Of a DNA stretch of 64,000 nt, positions 51,041 to 64,000 are shown piece after piece. The stretch's first letter is position 1. Each line of letters begins with the position of its first letter. The notes beneath the pieces were generated by a model that was not told where the DNA came from, ran no database searches, and worked only from the letters and a program-made list of their open reading frames with translations. This DNA is from Mobula birostris. Its lineage: Eukaryota. The position numbers and the translations under genes were made by a program. The stretch is from contig NC_092388.1 in NCBI RefSeq assembly GCF_030028105.1, positions 40,802,581 to 40,866,580 on the forward strand, read 5' to 3'.

Positions 51041-52267
51041 TCATAATCATTTTAAATATTTTTGTAACCCAGCTCTTTAACATGGCTACAAAGGTAACTC
51101 CATGCCCATATCAGTGCTGCCAGGTCATTTGTCCATTGTCAGAAACTATACAATCGAATATCATCCAAACTGGAGAACTTAATTGACTTCTAAAACTACC
51201 ATTTCACTGTGTCCCTGCTTAGTGACTAGATAAGTTGCAAACCATTCATGCACTGTATCCACATAGCTCCAATTCCTTCAATATTGTCTGCTCCTATATT
51301 TGCATCCTCCCCCCAACGCACCACTGCTGAGAAAGTGATAATCTCACCCACTTAGATACTTAGTAGATTTTATTCTTCACAATTCCAAACTCTGCAGAAG
51401 TCTGGCATCCACACATTGCCCAACAAAGTCATTCTTTGCCATTTCTGTCACTGGTGTCTGTGTTGACTTCTCATTGTTTAAAAACCATCTCCTTAACATG
51501 GTTTTGCTCATTATTTCTATGTCCCTACTACTACAGTTTCTTTTTAAAATACAGTTGCACTTACTTGACACTTGCAACAGAAAAATATCCTAAAGTCCAT
51601 CACAGCTAATCTTAAGGAAGGTGTTTGAAGGTTCGGTTACAATTGAATTACCAGAATCTTAAATGAAAAAAAGATGGATCAATACAGGAATACCACAAGT
51701 CCAAAATATTTTCCTCACCTTTCCAAATTTCTTTTTTAATTCTTGGTAGGCATCTCCTCATGACATTTGAGAACTATCACTGAGGAGCTTATTTCTCCCA
51801 AACATCCTGACTCAAACCAACCCTAATGGAAGCTATATTACAGACATAGCAGGAGGTTGTGAATTAAGTAATGAAAAAAAAAAGTTCTTTGAATTTAGAT
51901 ATAGAGGTTTTGCAGAAAATGGCACACATGGAAAAGAAACAACTTGGTTTCACAAATTGAAAACCAGGAACAAAAATAGGTCATTTAACTCCTTAAAATT
52001 ATTATATAATTTAATAAGGTGGTGGTTCATCTGTCACTTAATTCTACTACCTGGCTTCACTACATTTGCTAAAATACTTTGTTATATATAAACACAAATT
52101 CATCAAACTCGTATTTAAAATTAATAAGCAATTTAGTATGCATTGCATTCATAAAAGATCACTCAAATCATTGAATGCCCTTTGCACATAGAAGTATTTG
52201 AGAAAAAGATTGCAATTACTCTTTAAAGTTTTGGTTTTATCTTTTAAAAGAAAGATTGCAAACTTAC

Positions 52268-52362
52268 CGGGATGTGTGGCAAAGTTATGGTAACTTGGTC
52301 ACCTTTTCCAACTTGTAGCTCACCCTCACAAGAGGTGTCAATGGATGCTGGTTTAAAATCAT
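52268..52362 (-). CDS. EAF1: EAF1 exon 2
   Basis: (Y)[31 protein letters not shown]; tttcag acceptor and GTAAGT donor; 95 nt. Confidence 0.96.
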
Positions 52363-52669
52363 CTGAAAGCAAGCAGATAGACAGATTAATTGACAAAATA
52401 GAAAATTCTGTCCCTTGATTTGCAGCAGATTGTTTTCCTTATTTGTATGCTTTTTATTCTTGAGAAAGATTGATAAGGAAACATGCCCCAACTTAATTGC
52501 ACTTCTGTTTAAGAGCCTACAGAAGTTATTGCAATGTGTGCAAGACAATATAATACTGAATGAAAGTCTAAATTAGTGCCTTTAGGTATCCTTACAGCAG
52601 GCCATTTGAACTAATGAATCCACTTCATGTCACGAGAGTTGTTAAGGATATGGATTTTTGTAAATAAAC

Positions 52670-53100
52670 TGTCAATATCTCAGAGGATTAATCCTGACCC
52701 AACACATTGATGCAATTACAAAGAAGGCACACCAGTAGCAATACTTCATTAAGAGTTTGAGGAGGTTTGATACGTCAGCAAATTCCGATAGATGTATAGA
52801 GGACAGTATTTCAATTGACTGCATTACAGTCTGGTATGGAGACTCCAATGCACAGGATTGAAAGAAGGTGCAGAGGGTTGCAGGCTCAGCCAGCTAATCA
52901 TGGCTACAACCCTCCCCACCATCGAGGACACCTTTAAATGGCAATGCCCATCACCATCTAGGACATGCCTTCTTCTCACTAATACCATTGGGGAGAAGAT
53001 ACAGGAGCCTGAAGACTCTCACTCAATATTTTAAGAACAGCTTCCTCCCCCAGCAGATTTCTGAATGGTCCATGAACTCAACATCACTATTTCTCTTTTG
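52670..53100 (+). mobile_element. Rex1/Babar 3' fragment
   Basis: Homologous to the 3' end of the 35195-37100 and 61670-64000 elements. Confidence 0.75.
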
Positions 53101-53639
53101 AACTTTGTTTCATTGTAACTTAATTTTAAATGCCACGCAACAATACGTCAGTGGTGACAAGCCTGATTCAGATTCTGCTTTTGGATAGATAAAATTACAA
53201 GCACAGTCAATACTTATTTCTTTTTTCAAAGATGTTGCCTGACTTGCAGGCTATTCTTAATTCTTGCATTACTATCATTGCTCACTCACAGAAACCTCTG
53301 TTGAATACTCAGGCAGGAGGAAATGCTTGCATGTGAACATAAATAATTGCACTGAGGGAAAACTAAAAATACAAGGAAATAAGTTCTTAAATAGTATCAT
53401 TACCATTCGATGGTATGTCCCTTTCAAATATTTATCACACCAGTGCATGTCCAGTATTCCGGAAAAAACATTAAATCAAAAGCCCTTGCTTTCTAATAAA
53501 GATGCAATATACACACACATACACATATACCGTCTAAACTGAAATTGCAGAAAACTGCAGATACTGGAAATCTCAAGTAAAGCAGAACATGTCGGAAACA
53601 CTCAGCAGGCCTGGCAGCATTTGCGGAGGGAGAATCGTT

Positions 53640-54720
53640 TACTGGTCCACAGAACAGATAAGGTGTGCAATCTGTTTCCGTCGGCACACCGGGCCCGCCC
53701 GGTTGCGCTCGGACTGGTCGGGGGCGAGGTTTGGCAGCAGGATGGGCAGAGTGGCGCTTCCACCCAGAACAACCGCTAGCCCCGCTGCGGCCTCCCCGGC
53801 TTCGGTTCGGCCTGAACACGGGGATTCTCGCCATGCAAGCCGAACACCATGGTGGCCCAAGCCTGCCGAGTGTCCCGCTGCTGTTTAAGATTCCCAGCGT
53901 GTGCAGGCTGCAGATGTCCAGACCGCCGCCTCCCCACTCACAGCGGATGGTGTGGAACGAGCTTTTAGGCCGTTTCTCGAAGCTCTCGCCCAATTTCAGC
54001 ACATGTTCCTCCTTGCCCAGCGCCGGCTGTGCGGTGCCATTCATTGCCGAACTGCTCACTCATCAACCGCCTGGCTTCGATTTGGAAAGGCCGGCGGGGT
54101 TGGGGGGGGGGAACGGCGACCACCGGCAACGGGCCGAAGTCGTGGCCGTTAAACTCTAAACGTAAACATGCCCAGCTCGCGGGCCGCACTCGCCACGCAT
54201 GCGCCAACCGGGGGGGGGGTTACGCATGCGCGTGTCGCGACGCTGTCAGCGGGCATAGTCGAGTGAGTAAGGTGAGGGCCGATATTTTCTCGTTTGCTTA
54301 GGCAACGGATTTCGTACCGAACGCTTCAGCAGCTAGCGAGTTTTGTTATTAAATGTGTTTCTCGCTCTCTCACGGACGTAGTGTCGCAGACTTCGGCTTG
54401 CGTTTCTGTCGAGCCTTGAAAACGTTAACGCGATTCAAAGCCGTGACCTGTACGCAGTGAGTCCTTAGGCTATTAGTGGTACCGTACCTTGATCACTAAA
54501 GTTGAGTATTTTCCTAAGGGGTTGTCTATTAGTGAGGCCTCAGGTGGCTGTAGAAGCCGATCCGCGACCTACATAGACTGGTTCAGTGTGGGCAAGAGTA
54601 GTGGTGGCTGTGTTTAGTGGTTGGGTCTTTTGTTCAGTCTTTACTTTCGCAGAACGGCGGGCTATTAGCGCACTCGTGAGGGATAGCACATTCTGCTTTA
54701 CGTACGGTCATTTGAAAACC
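53640..54720. promoter_or_regulatory. CpG-island bidirectional promoter EAF1/METTL6
   Basis: CpG-dense; two NRF1-like ACGCATGCGC motifs at 54195-54204 and 54222-54231; candidate + strand donors GTGAGT/GTGAGG at ~54263-54277 for a non-coding METTL6 exon 1. Confidence 0.8.
53942..54044 (-). CDS. EAF1: EAF1 coding exon 1
   Basis: [34 protein letters not shown]; GTGAGT donor; phases of all six exons are compatible (103+95+137+167+264+47=813). Confidence 0.96.
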
Positions 54721-55153
54721 ACGTGTGTACAAGGTTAATGCGATGTGTCTGATCCTTAACCCCATAATATTGATGCGTGTGTGAATAATGATTTTTTTGA
54801 GATGTTGGGATCTAAAAGAGATGTCTCTATGGATGATATACAGGCTCACTTCATGTTACGAACGCCACGTATACATAAATGAGTTCCCGTAAATGTTACT
54901 AAATTCAAATGAGAACCAGTCTTGGTGGTGGTGGGGGGGTGGTGGCGGGGAAGAGGGTGGAACACTATTTATCAGTAATCGGGCACCACTGTCTTTTAAG
55001 TACACAGACTGTCAGTTTCAGCTTTTAAATGAGGCCATTTAAAGAGCCTTTCTTTGAAAATTGAAAAGTATTTTCTACTGTTATGAATAATGCCCGCTGA
55101 TACGACAAGCCTATCGAAATCAACCATAGGGCATGGGACATCACGATTTTATA

Positions 55154-56531
55154 CAGGTGTCCCCCACTTTTCGAACGTTTGCTTTACGAAACCTCACTGT
55201 TACGAAGAAAGGCAACGCGCGCCCCGAGCAGCAGCTCTCCCCCGGATTCAGAACTGCATTCTCGCCGGCATTGCTTAAACACGTGCCTGTGAGCAGTCGT
55301 TTGCAAGATGAGTTCTAAGGTGTCGGAAAAAGCCTGAAAGAGCTCGTAAGGGTGTTACACTTAGCGTAAAACTAGACATAAGTAAGCATTTTGATCGTGG
55401 TGAACGAAGTAAGGATAAAGTGAGTTTGGCTTGTGGAAGCTGACCAAGATGATGTTGAAGAGGTTTTGGCATCCCATGACCAAGAACTGATAGATGAGGA
55501 GCTGATGCAATTGGAAGAGGAAATGATAACAATCGAAACCGAATGAGTAATGATAAAAAGTACGACTTTAATTTTGAAAGGGTATGTAGGTTTAGGGGGT
55601 ATTTGCAGGATGGTTTGAGTGCTTACAAAGAACTGTATGATAGAAAAATGTGCGAGGTTCAGCAGTCAAGCAAGCCTTCCACATCAGCCGCAGCAGACGA
55701 CGAACCTCGACCTTCGACATCGGGGCGGCCAGACATAGAAGAAGATGAGCTGCCTGCTCTAATGGAAACAGACGACGACAAGATGACACCCCAGTGTCCC
55801 ACCACCCCAACACCCAGGCCGCGGACAGATACCGATTCGCGGAGAATGCAGCGATAGCCGGGAGACACACAGCACATCTTTAAGAAAAAAGCCGAAATAA
55901 ACATGCTAATTAATTACATGCTGGGTGGCACCTAATTAATTAGCTTGTTTATTTCGGCTATTTTCTTAAAGATGTGCTGTGTGCCCCCCAGCTACTTCTG
56001 GACCCCTGCATGCTTCGCAGCAATGTATCGGGTCGCTGCCTGGAGGGTGGGGGCCACTGCACCACCCCAACCTCCGACTCAGCCTAACACACCCAATTCC
56101 GGTAAGTGATACTATACTGTACATACATGATTTCTACTTTATATCAGCTGTGTATTTTTACGTGTTATTTGGTATGATTTGGCAGCTTCATAGCTTAAAG
56201 GTTACTGGAGAGCGCTTGCGCCGTGTTTCTGCTGACGGCGCTTGCGTGAGGTTTTCACTACGGAGAACAGTTCAGGCAATGAATGTGGAGTAGTATTTCT
56301 ACTTTATATAAGCTGTGTATTTATCATATCATTCCTGCTTTTACTATATGTTACTGTTATTTTAGGTTTTATGTGTTATTTGGCACAAGTTGGTAGGTTA
56401 TTTTTGGGTCTGCGAACGCTCACAAAATTTTCCCATATAAATAAATGGTAATTGCTTCTTCGCTTTACGACATTCCGGCTTACGAACCGTTTCATAGGAA
56501 CGCTGTACCTTCGGATGGCGGGGGAAACCTG
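55154..56531 (+). mobile_element. Tigger-like internally deleted DNA transposon, copy 2
   Basis: TA-flanked TIRs CAGGTGTCCCCC / GGGGGAAACCTG; opposite orientation to copy 1. Confidence 0.85.
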
Positions 56532-56749
56532 TACTATTGTCATTTTGCAGGGAAAGACGTTCACGTTAATTATATTTTATCAACACTGTTACAATACTGT
56601 GGAGGTATGGTACCATATTAAATCAAAGGTTCAAAGGTACAGTTTAACGTCAGAGAAATGTATACAATATACATCCTAAAATGCTTTTGCTTTGCAACCA
56701 TCCACAAAAACAGAGGAGTACCCCAAAGAGTGAACAACAGTTAAATATT

Positions 56750-56886
56750 CAAACACGAGGAAATCTGCAGATGCTGGAATTTCAAGCAACACACATAAAA
56801 GTTGCTGGTGAACGCAGCAGGCCAGGCAGCATCTCTGGGAAGAAGTACAGTCGACGTTTCGGGCCGAGACCCTTCGTCAGGACTAT
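56750..56886 (-). mobile_element. Solo PLE pLTR end carrying an intact hammerhead (56849-56884)
   Basis: Reverse complement reads agtc CTGACGA a GGGTCTCGGCCC GAAA CGTC gact, then the PLE terminus. Confidence 0.8.
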
Positions 56887-57444
56887 TAGAACCCAAAGTC
56901 TCCCCCCACCCCCCAGCTCCCCAATTATGAGCTCAATTTGCCATTGCTCATGTGATCTACATTTGACTAACATCAGGCAGTAGTTACTGCTGCAGAAAAA
57001 CTGCAAGGCATATTTTATGGGACCAAGATGAGCGCACTCCACTTCCCAGTTTTTACCTCCATTGATTGCTCCAGTAATTCCCTTAAAACCATGAGATATA
57101 GGAGCAGAATTAGGCCATTCATCATTCTGTGTATTTTCTAACTTATGGACAAATTCAACTATTCAACCGAAAAGTGGAACATGTTTGCAACCTAGGCTTG
57201 ACCTGTAGTGGGCTGAACATGAGAATTGATAACTGATGCTCTTGATAAATACACTGAAATCTGGCTCTATTGAATGGATCTTTTAGCAGCAGTTTACAAT
57301 CAATATCAGTGATTTGGATGAAGTGATTCAGTAAATATATCCAAAGTAAAAGCTTAAAATCGTCAGCAGTTCTGGATGCATCCAGGCCTGTAGATGATAC
57401 AAAGATGAGCGGAGATGAGGGTGCAGAGAGGCTAAAGATATTAG

Positions 57445-58095
57445 AACATAGAACCTAGAAAACCTACAGCACAGTACAGGCCCTTTGGCCCACAAGGTTG
57501 TGCCGATCATGTCTTTACCTTAGAAGTTACCTAGGGTTACCCATAGCCCTCTATTTTTCTAACTTGTCCAGTAGTCTCTTAAAAGACCCTATCATACCCC
57601 CTCCACACTGTCTCCGGCAGCCTATTCCAGGCACTCACCACTCTCTGCATAAAAATCCTTCCCTGGCATCTCCTCTGTATCTCCTTCCAAGCACCTTAAA
57701 ACTGTGCCCTCTCATGCTAGCCATTTCAGCCCTGGGGAAAAAGCCTCAGACTATCCACATGATCAATGCCTCTCATCATCTTGTATACTTCTGTCAGGTC
57801 ACCTCTCATCCTCCGTCGCTCCAAGGAGAAAAGGCTGAGTTCATTCAACCTATTCTCATAAGGCATGCTCCCCAATCCAGGCAACATCCTTGTAAATCTC
57901 CTCTGCACCCTTTCTATGGTTTCCACATCCAACCTGTAGTGAGGTGACCAGAACTGAGCACAGTACTCCAAGTGGGGTCTGACCAGGATCCTATATAGCT
58001 GCAACATTACCTCTCAGTTCCTAAACTCAATCCCACGATTGATGACGGCCAAATCACCGAATGCTTTCTTAACCACAGAGTCAACCTGCGCAGTG
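57445..58095 (-). mobile_element. CR1 3' fragment
   Basis: LYRILVRPHLEYCAQFWSPHY..RGDLTEVYKMM. Confidence 0.9.
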
Positions 58096-58209
58096 CAGGT
58101 GGAGGAATCAGAGATCATCCGATTTGGTAATGATGTTGATGTGCAGAGGGATTTGGGGTCCTGGGACATCTGCCACTGCAAGATAATGTTTAAGTACAGC
58201 AAGAGAGTT

Positions 58210-58770
58210 TGGGAGCAAGTGTATAGATAGATGGTTTCCTTTAATTGTACAGGGTCCAAGTGAGACTGCACATAGAATGATATGTGCAGGCCTCGTCTCC
58301 TTACTTAAGGAAATGGTGATTGAGGAACAACGAAGCACTTTACCAAATTGATTCATGGAATGTGGAAGTTGTCCGATGAGAGATTAACTGGACTAAGCCT
58401 ATATAGTCTCCTGAGTTTAGCAGAATGAGAGGTGATCACACTGAAACATGTAAAATCCTTCCAGGGCTTAACAAGACAGTGTTGGAATAATGTTTCTGTT
58501 AGCTGAGGTGATTGGAATCAGTGGTCACAGCCTTAACTTAAGGGTTTGATCATTCAGGACTGAGGCAAGAACCAAGTTATTCATTTAGAAGGAAGTGAAG
58601 TTTTGACATTTTCTACCAAAGCTTTGGAGGTTCACTGGCTAAAGTGTATTAAAATTACAGATATTAAAGAAATTGATGGATATGGGAATAGTGTTGATCA
58701 GCCATGATCTTATTATTGAATTTCTGGGCTGACATGAGGATCCAAATAGCCTACTCTTACTGTTGTTTCT
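58210..58770 (+). mobile_element. Old CR1 3' fragment
   Basis: agaatgagaggtgatc..acatgtaaaatcctt, ggtcacagcctt and a CR1-like 3' UTR. Confidence 0.6.
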
Positions 58771-59088
58771 TTGTTAAACTGCAAGAACTGGTTGCTGGTT
58801 TGTGGCAGTACATTAATCATTGCACCCTTAGAGATATTTGAAGTGATAACTTGTTACTCTTTGGGAGATACTCTTGTTGATACATAGAAATGTCTGTAAC
58901 AATGAGATGTATAGATTGTTATATATTTTAATTTTATATTTTTTAAATGTGTTCGTTGTTACTTTTGTTTGCAGTGTTGACATCCAGAAAAATTTTAAAT
59001 TGCATTATACAGTTTTGAATTTTAAACTAAAGATGCAACGTTTACTTTTCCTCTTTGCTTTAAGATCAGCTGGAATATTGAAGACGCA

Positions 59089-59424
59089 ATGAATTATGTG
59101 GGGACAAATGATTCATGTCCTAGTCAAATGCCTGCAACAGAAGGCATACATGATGGCACTCTACAGAGCAGCACAGTTACTGTAACGTATTCAAAATCAG
59201 AGACCCCTTTACCTGTAACAGGGAATAAGGGAAGGATCCTCACCCCTGCAGAGGTGGAAATGCTCATGAAGGACCAGAGCTTGGTGTCAGACTTTAAACA
59301 ACAAAAGCTGGAAAGAGAGGCACAGAAAAACTGGGATTTGTTTTACAAGAGGAACAGCACCAACTTTTTCAAAGATAGACATTGGACAACCAGGGAGTTT
59401 GAAGAACTGAATGCATGTAGAGAT
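59089..59424 (+). CDS. METTL6: tRNA m3C methyltransferase METTL6, first coding exon
   Basis: RILT..LVSDFKQQKLEREAQKNWDLFYKRNSTNFFKDRHWTTREFEEL; acceptor ~59064, GTAAGT donor at 59425; the start codon choice is uncertain. Confidence 0.93.
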
Positions 59425-60326
59425 GTAAGTAACAATAAACTAGTGCAGTGATAAACTATCTAGCTGTGGGTCAGGAAACTGGTTGACTTTTAGATGTTTT
59501 AAAATGGTTTGAAATGGTTTAGCAAGCTGCCCAATTAGGATTAGTGAATAAATACGGGCCTTGGTATTGGTATACAATCCTAACAAATGACAAAGTGATA
59601 GGTATTAGCTCCCACTACTATTCAAATGGCCCTACTGAAGTCAGAATAAAACCTCCAGCAAAGGGTTTCTATAATTTTCCCATCCCTTGTCATTTCTGGC
59701 ATAATTTGAAGTCCCATGTTTATTCCCTTTTTCATTGCTGCTTCTTCTTAGCTCCACCCCCTTGTTTACATTATGTTTCCAGCAAAGTTGGTGCAGGCAT
59801 AAGGTGTTTTTCGGATGGCTGTCAACAATGGGAGATGTACTTCTCTATCACTGTTAAATTGATCATTACTTTTTAATCAGACTGCTTACTAAGTAATTAC
59901 CAATAAACAAGACTGCGCTTTCTCTGTTATTCATTTTGAAAGGTGAATGCACATTATTATGAACTCTTCACTTGCATCTTCCAAGTGCTCACTCAGGCCA
60001 ATTCAGATAGCACACAAACTTATTTTGTTGAGCTTCCACCACCAAGAATGCTTCCTTCTGCCCTGAGAGTAGCATGCCTCGACCCTCTCATTCTCCAGTG
60101 TATCTGCCCTTTCTGCTCATCTATCAATGTCATCTTCACACCTTTCAACTTTTTAGTCTAAAACATTCTTGCCAAAGCCCATTACCAATCCACCCACTTT
60201 CTTAGCTTATCTTCTTAATTACGTGCCTAATATTTTCTTCTATCACTGATGGTGATGTTCAGTTTTTAAGTGAAGCTCATGGTATCATCTTGTTATGTTA
60301 ATGCTGCTGTAAATTTTCCTTTGCAG

Positions 60327-60461
60327 CTTGAGCATCAAAAACTGACCATCTTGGAAGCAGGCTGCGGAGTTGGAAACTGTCTATTCCCTCTATTAGAGTG
60401 TGATCCAAATGTTTTCATTTATGCTTGCGACTTCTCTCCCCGAGCTGTAGAATTCGTGAAG
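60327..60461 (+). CDS. METTL6: METTL6 second coding exon (SAM-binding motif I)
   Basis: [37 protein letters not shown]; tttgcag acceptor and GT donor; 135 nt. Confidence 0.96.
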
Positions 60462-60864
60462 GTAGTCAAAAGTAGTTAAAATGTTAATATAAATATTTCT
60501 GACGTTTGTATTAACACTTTTTTTCTTTATAATCTTTTCTGCCAAAATTCTTAAAAATGAAATGTGTTAAATATATGATGGCGATAGATTTGATCATAAA
60601 CACTATGTGTACAGATGATAAATGGTGCACACAAAAGTCTTGTTGATGCAAATATAAATACAAAAACCTTGAAACCAGCAGCAGAAACAGACAATTTGGA
60701 TTGTTACATTACCGTCTAAGAATGAAAAACATTCCAAAGTACTTCTGAATGCCCTCAGTGCTATAATGGAAAAAAATATCACCTCTATGTTGGATATAGC
60801 ATTATTCCACAGCTAACATTGTTATGACACTGAGGTACATCCTAGGATGCCCTGGGATATATCA

Positions 60865-61185
60865 TTATTATCATCAGGATGTAACCTGAGGTCATCGGGT
60901 GTTTTGAGTTATTTCAGTATCTAACAACTTTACCCAGGCGACCCAGCCAGGGTGGATTAGGCCCTGGCTTGTGTCCCAGCAGTACTGGTCCATGGGTCAC
61001 ACCTTTTGATTCATAGCCACTTGGAGGCTTGCTCTGCAGCCTCTGTGATGGTCCTGGTGGCTGCTTTCTTTGCAGCCCTGTAACGCCAAAAAGAGAATAG
61101 GTTCTGCAGTGACCTAGCCAGCAAAACCTCTACATCCCACTTCTATAGGCTTGCATCGTGTCCCCAACCCATGTCTTTGACATGC
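60865..61185 (-). mobile_element. Second HERO-like RLE retrotransposon 3' fragment
   Basis: Reverse complement reads CQRHGLGTRCKPIEVGCRGFAG and KKAATRTITEAAEQASKWL*IKR. Confidence 0.65.
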
Positions 61186-61411
61186 AGTTAGATTTCAGTG
61201 GAATGCAGTATTTATTTGTTTTGTTAAGGAAAGCAATTGTTTCAAAATATTTTATAATTCAATAACTATTTTATGCAGTGTAGGAAGCAATTTAAAGTGA
61301 CCGTAGTAAGTAATCGCTGATAATGATTCAAGTTTATGTTATAGAGGACAATTGATGTGAGAATCCGTCATAGAATTTTTTCATCTATTGCAATGTTTCT
61401 TGTTCTTAAAG

Positions 61412-61582
61412 CAAAATCACTTGTATGAGTCTGAAAGATGTAAGGTCTTTCAGTGTGACCTGACAAAAGATGATTTACTGGAGAACGTGCCTGCTGATTC
61501 TGTGGATGTTGTTATGCTGATTTTTGTGCTCTCTGCCATTCATCCTGAGAAGATGCAGATGGCCTTAGAAAATATTTATAAA
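61412..61582 (+). CDS. METTL6: METTL6 third coding exon (gene continues beyond the window)
   Basis: QNHLYESERCKVFQCDLTKDDLL..VDVVMLIFVLSAIHPEKMQMALENIYK; AG acceptor and GTAAGT donor; 171 nt. Confidence 0.96.
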
Positions 61583-61669
61583 GTAAGTACTTAACAAATC
61601 ACACTATATTCTATTCTGCTGTGGCATATAATAGAATTAAACTTAATATTAATGGTCTTTTTGATCCGG

Positions 61670-64000
61670 ATGCAGCGATTCAGATCAACGGGTTTACTAT
61701 ACACCGTTAGGCTAAATCTATAGAGTCTCTCAAAAGCAGAGGTGGAGGAGTATGCTTCACGATCAACTCTTCTTGACAAATATATCAGTGCTGTCCCAAT
61801 TCTGCTCACCAGACCTGGAATATCTAGCAGTAAAGTGTCGTCATTTTTACCTACCTCGGGAGTTCTCTGGGGTCATTCTGGTAGCAGTTTACATTCCACC
61901 TCATCCAATGTCAAGCAGACTTTAGATGGTCTGAGTAATGGGACCAACATGCACGAAACAGCATAGCCTAATGCCTTCACCATCGTTTTGGGAGATTTTA
62001 ACAAGGCCAGTCTGAAAAAATCACTAAGCAACTACCATCAACAGGTCACTTGCAATACCAGAGGAAACAACACACTGGACCATTGCTAAACCACCATCAA
62101 TGCCTACTGTGCTATTTCATGCCCTCACTTCGAGAAGTCTGATCATCCTGCTGTACTTCTACTTCCTGAGTGTAGGCAGAGACTGAAGACTTCAGCGCCA
62201 GCAGTGAGGACCAAGAATGTATGGATAAGGGAGCAGAGGAGCACCTACAGGACTGCTTCAAATCAGTGGACTGGACTGTATTCAGGGATTCATCTTTAAA
62301 TCTGGATGTGTATGCTGCAGTTGTTACCAACTTCATTAAAACCTGTGTGGATGAGTGTGTGCCTACAAAGACTTACTGTACATTCCCAAACCAAAAGCCA
62401 TGGATGAACCAGGAGGTACGTCATCTGCTGAAGGCTAGATCTGTGTCATTCAAGTCTTGCAAACTAGGCCTGTACCAGAAAACCAGGTATGATTTGCAGA
62501 GTGCTATTTCAAGGGCGAAGAGACAGTTTCGAATGAAGTTGAAGGCGATATCAGGTACACGGCAACTCTGGCAGGGTCTGCAAGACGTTACTTCCTACAA
62601 AGTGAAACCCAATAGTATGAACGGCAGCAATACTTCACTACCAGATGAACTCGACGTCTTCTATGCACACTTTGAAAGGGAGACCACAACTACGGCTGTG
62701 AAGATCCCTGCTGCACCTGATGACCCTGTGATCTCCGTCTCAGAGGCCGATGTTAGTCTGACTTTAAAGAGAGTGAACCTTCGCAAGGCAGAAGGTCCTG
62801 ATGGAGTACCTGGTAAGACTCTGAAAACCTGTGCCAACCAACTAGTGGGAGTATTCAGAGACATTTTCAACCTTTCACTGCTACAGCAGAAGTTCCCACT
62901 TGCTTCAAAAAGACAACAATTATACCAGTGCCTAAGAAGAATAATGTCTGCCTTAATGACTATCACTGGGTAGCACTCACATCGACAGTGATGAAATGCT
63001 TTGAGAGGTTGGTCATGACTAGACTGAGCTCCTGCCTCAGCAAGGACCTGGACCCATTGCAATTTGCCTATCACCACAATGGGTCAACAGCAGACGCAGT
63101 CTCAATGGCTCTCCACACGGCTTTAGACCACCTGGACAACACAGACACCTACATCAGGATACTGTTCATCGACTATAGCTCAGCATTTAATACCATCCTT
63201 TCCCACAATCCTGATTGAGAAGTTGCAGAACCTGGGCCTCTGTATCTCTCTCCGCAATTGGATCCTTGACTTCCTAACCGGAAGATCACAGTCTGTGCGG
63301 ATTGGTGATAACATATCCTCCTTGCTGACGATCAACTCTGGCGCACCTCAGAGGTGTGTGCTTAGCCCACTGCTCTTGTCTCTATATACACATGTGTGGC
63401 TAGGCATAGCTCAAATACCATCTATAAATTTGCTGGCGATACAACCATTGTTGGTAGAATCTCAGGTGGTGACGAGAGGGTGTATAGGAGTGAGCTATGC
63501 CAACTAGTGGAATGGTGCTGCAGCAACAACTTGGCACTTAACGTCAGTAAGATGAAAGAGCTGATTGTGGACTTCAGGATGGGTAGGATGAAGGAACACA
63601 TACCAATCCTCATAGAGGAATCGGAAGTGGAGAGAGTGAGCAGCTTCAAGTTCCTGGGTGTCAAGATCTCTGAGGATCTCAAAAACTTCTAGTTGTACTG
63701 TGGAGAGCATTCTGACAGGCTGTATCAATATCTGATATAGAGGGGCTACTGCATAGGACCAAAACAAGCTGCAGAAGGTTGTAAATCTAGTCAGCCTACA
63801 AAGTACCCAGGACATCTTTAGGGAGCGGTGTCTCAGAGAAACAGCGTCCATTATTAAGGACCTCCAGTACCCATGGCATGCCCTTTTCTCACTGTTACCA
63901 TCAGGTAGGAGATACAGAAGCCTGAAGGCACACACTCAGCGATTCAGGAACAGCTTCTTCCGCTCTGCCATCCGATTCCTAAATGGACATTGAAGCTTTG
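61670..64000 (+). mobile_element. Rex1/Babar LINE (EN + RT), degraded
   Basis: [49 protein letters not shown]. Confidence 0.9.

Noticed and set aside
54045-54059. MSSSA extension of EAF1 in the ORF track
   Set aside because: It begins at GTG; homology starts at the ATG at 54044
1-64000. CRISPR arrays, tRNA/rRNA genes, prokaryotic operons
   Set aside because: None seen; the sequence is intron-rich vertebrate DNA

Overview
Repeat-rich vertebrate genomic DNA, most likely a cartilaginous fish (inferred from the repeat repertoire, not from a database search). There are three host genes. MTURN (maturin) has only coding exon 1 visible (- strand, CpG island ~22.7-23.6 kb), and everything to its left appears to be its first intron. 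EAF1 is complete (- strand, six coding exons, 27304-54044, 813 nt = 270 aa + stop). METTL6 has three coding exons visible (+ strand, 59089-61582) and lies head-to-head with EAF1 across a CpG-island promoter. The introns are filled with CR1, Rex1/Babar, L1/Tx1-like and HERO-like (RLE) LINEs, Tigger/Tc1 DNA transposon derivatives and Penelope-like elements (PLEs). The notable observations are: (1) a degraded class I (gamma/epsilon-like) endogenous retrovirus with integrase, env immunosuppressive domain, PPT and a complete 3' LTR, which the ORF track largely misses; (2) several minimal hammerhead ribozyme motifs carried by PLEs, with the intact cores antisense to the host genes; (3) unusual insertion geometries, namely a TSD-flanked ~1 kb inverted PLE dimer, a twin-priming-like PLE inversion and a tailless internal L1 fragment with a 13-bp TSD. 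There is a 154-nt assembly gap at 47071-47224. TE boundaries are approximate; exon boundaries were read from splice sites.
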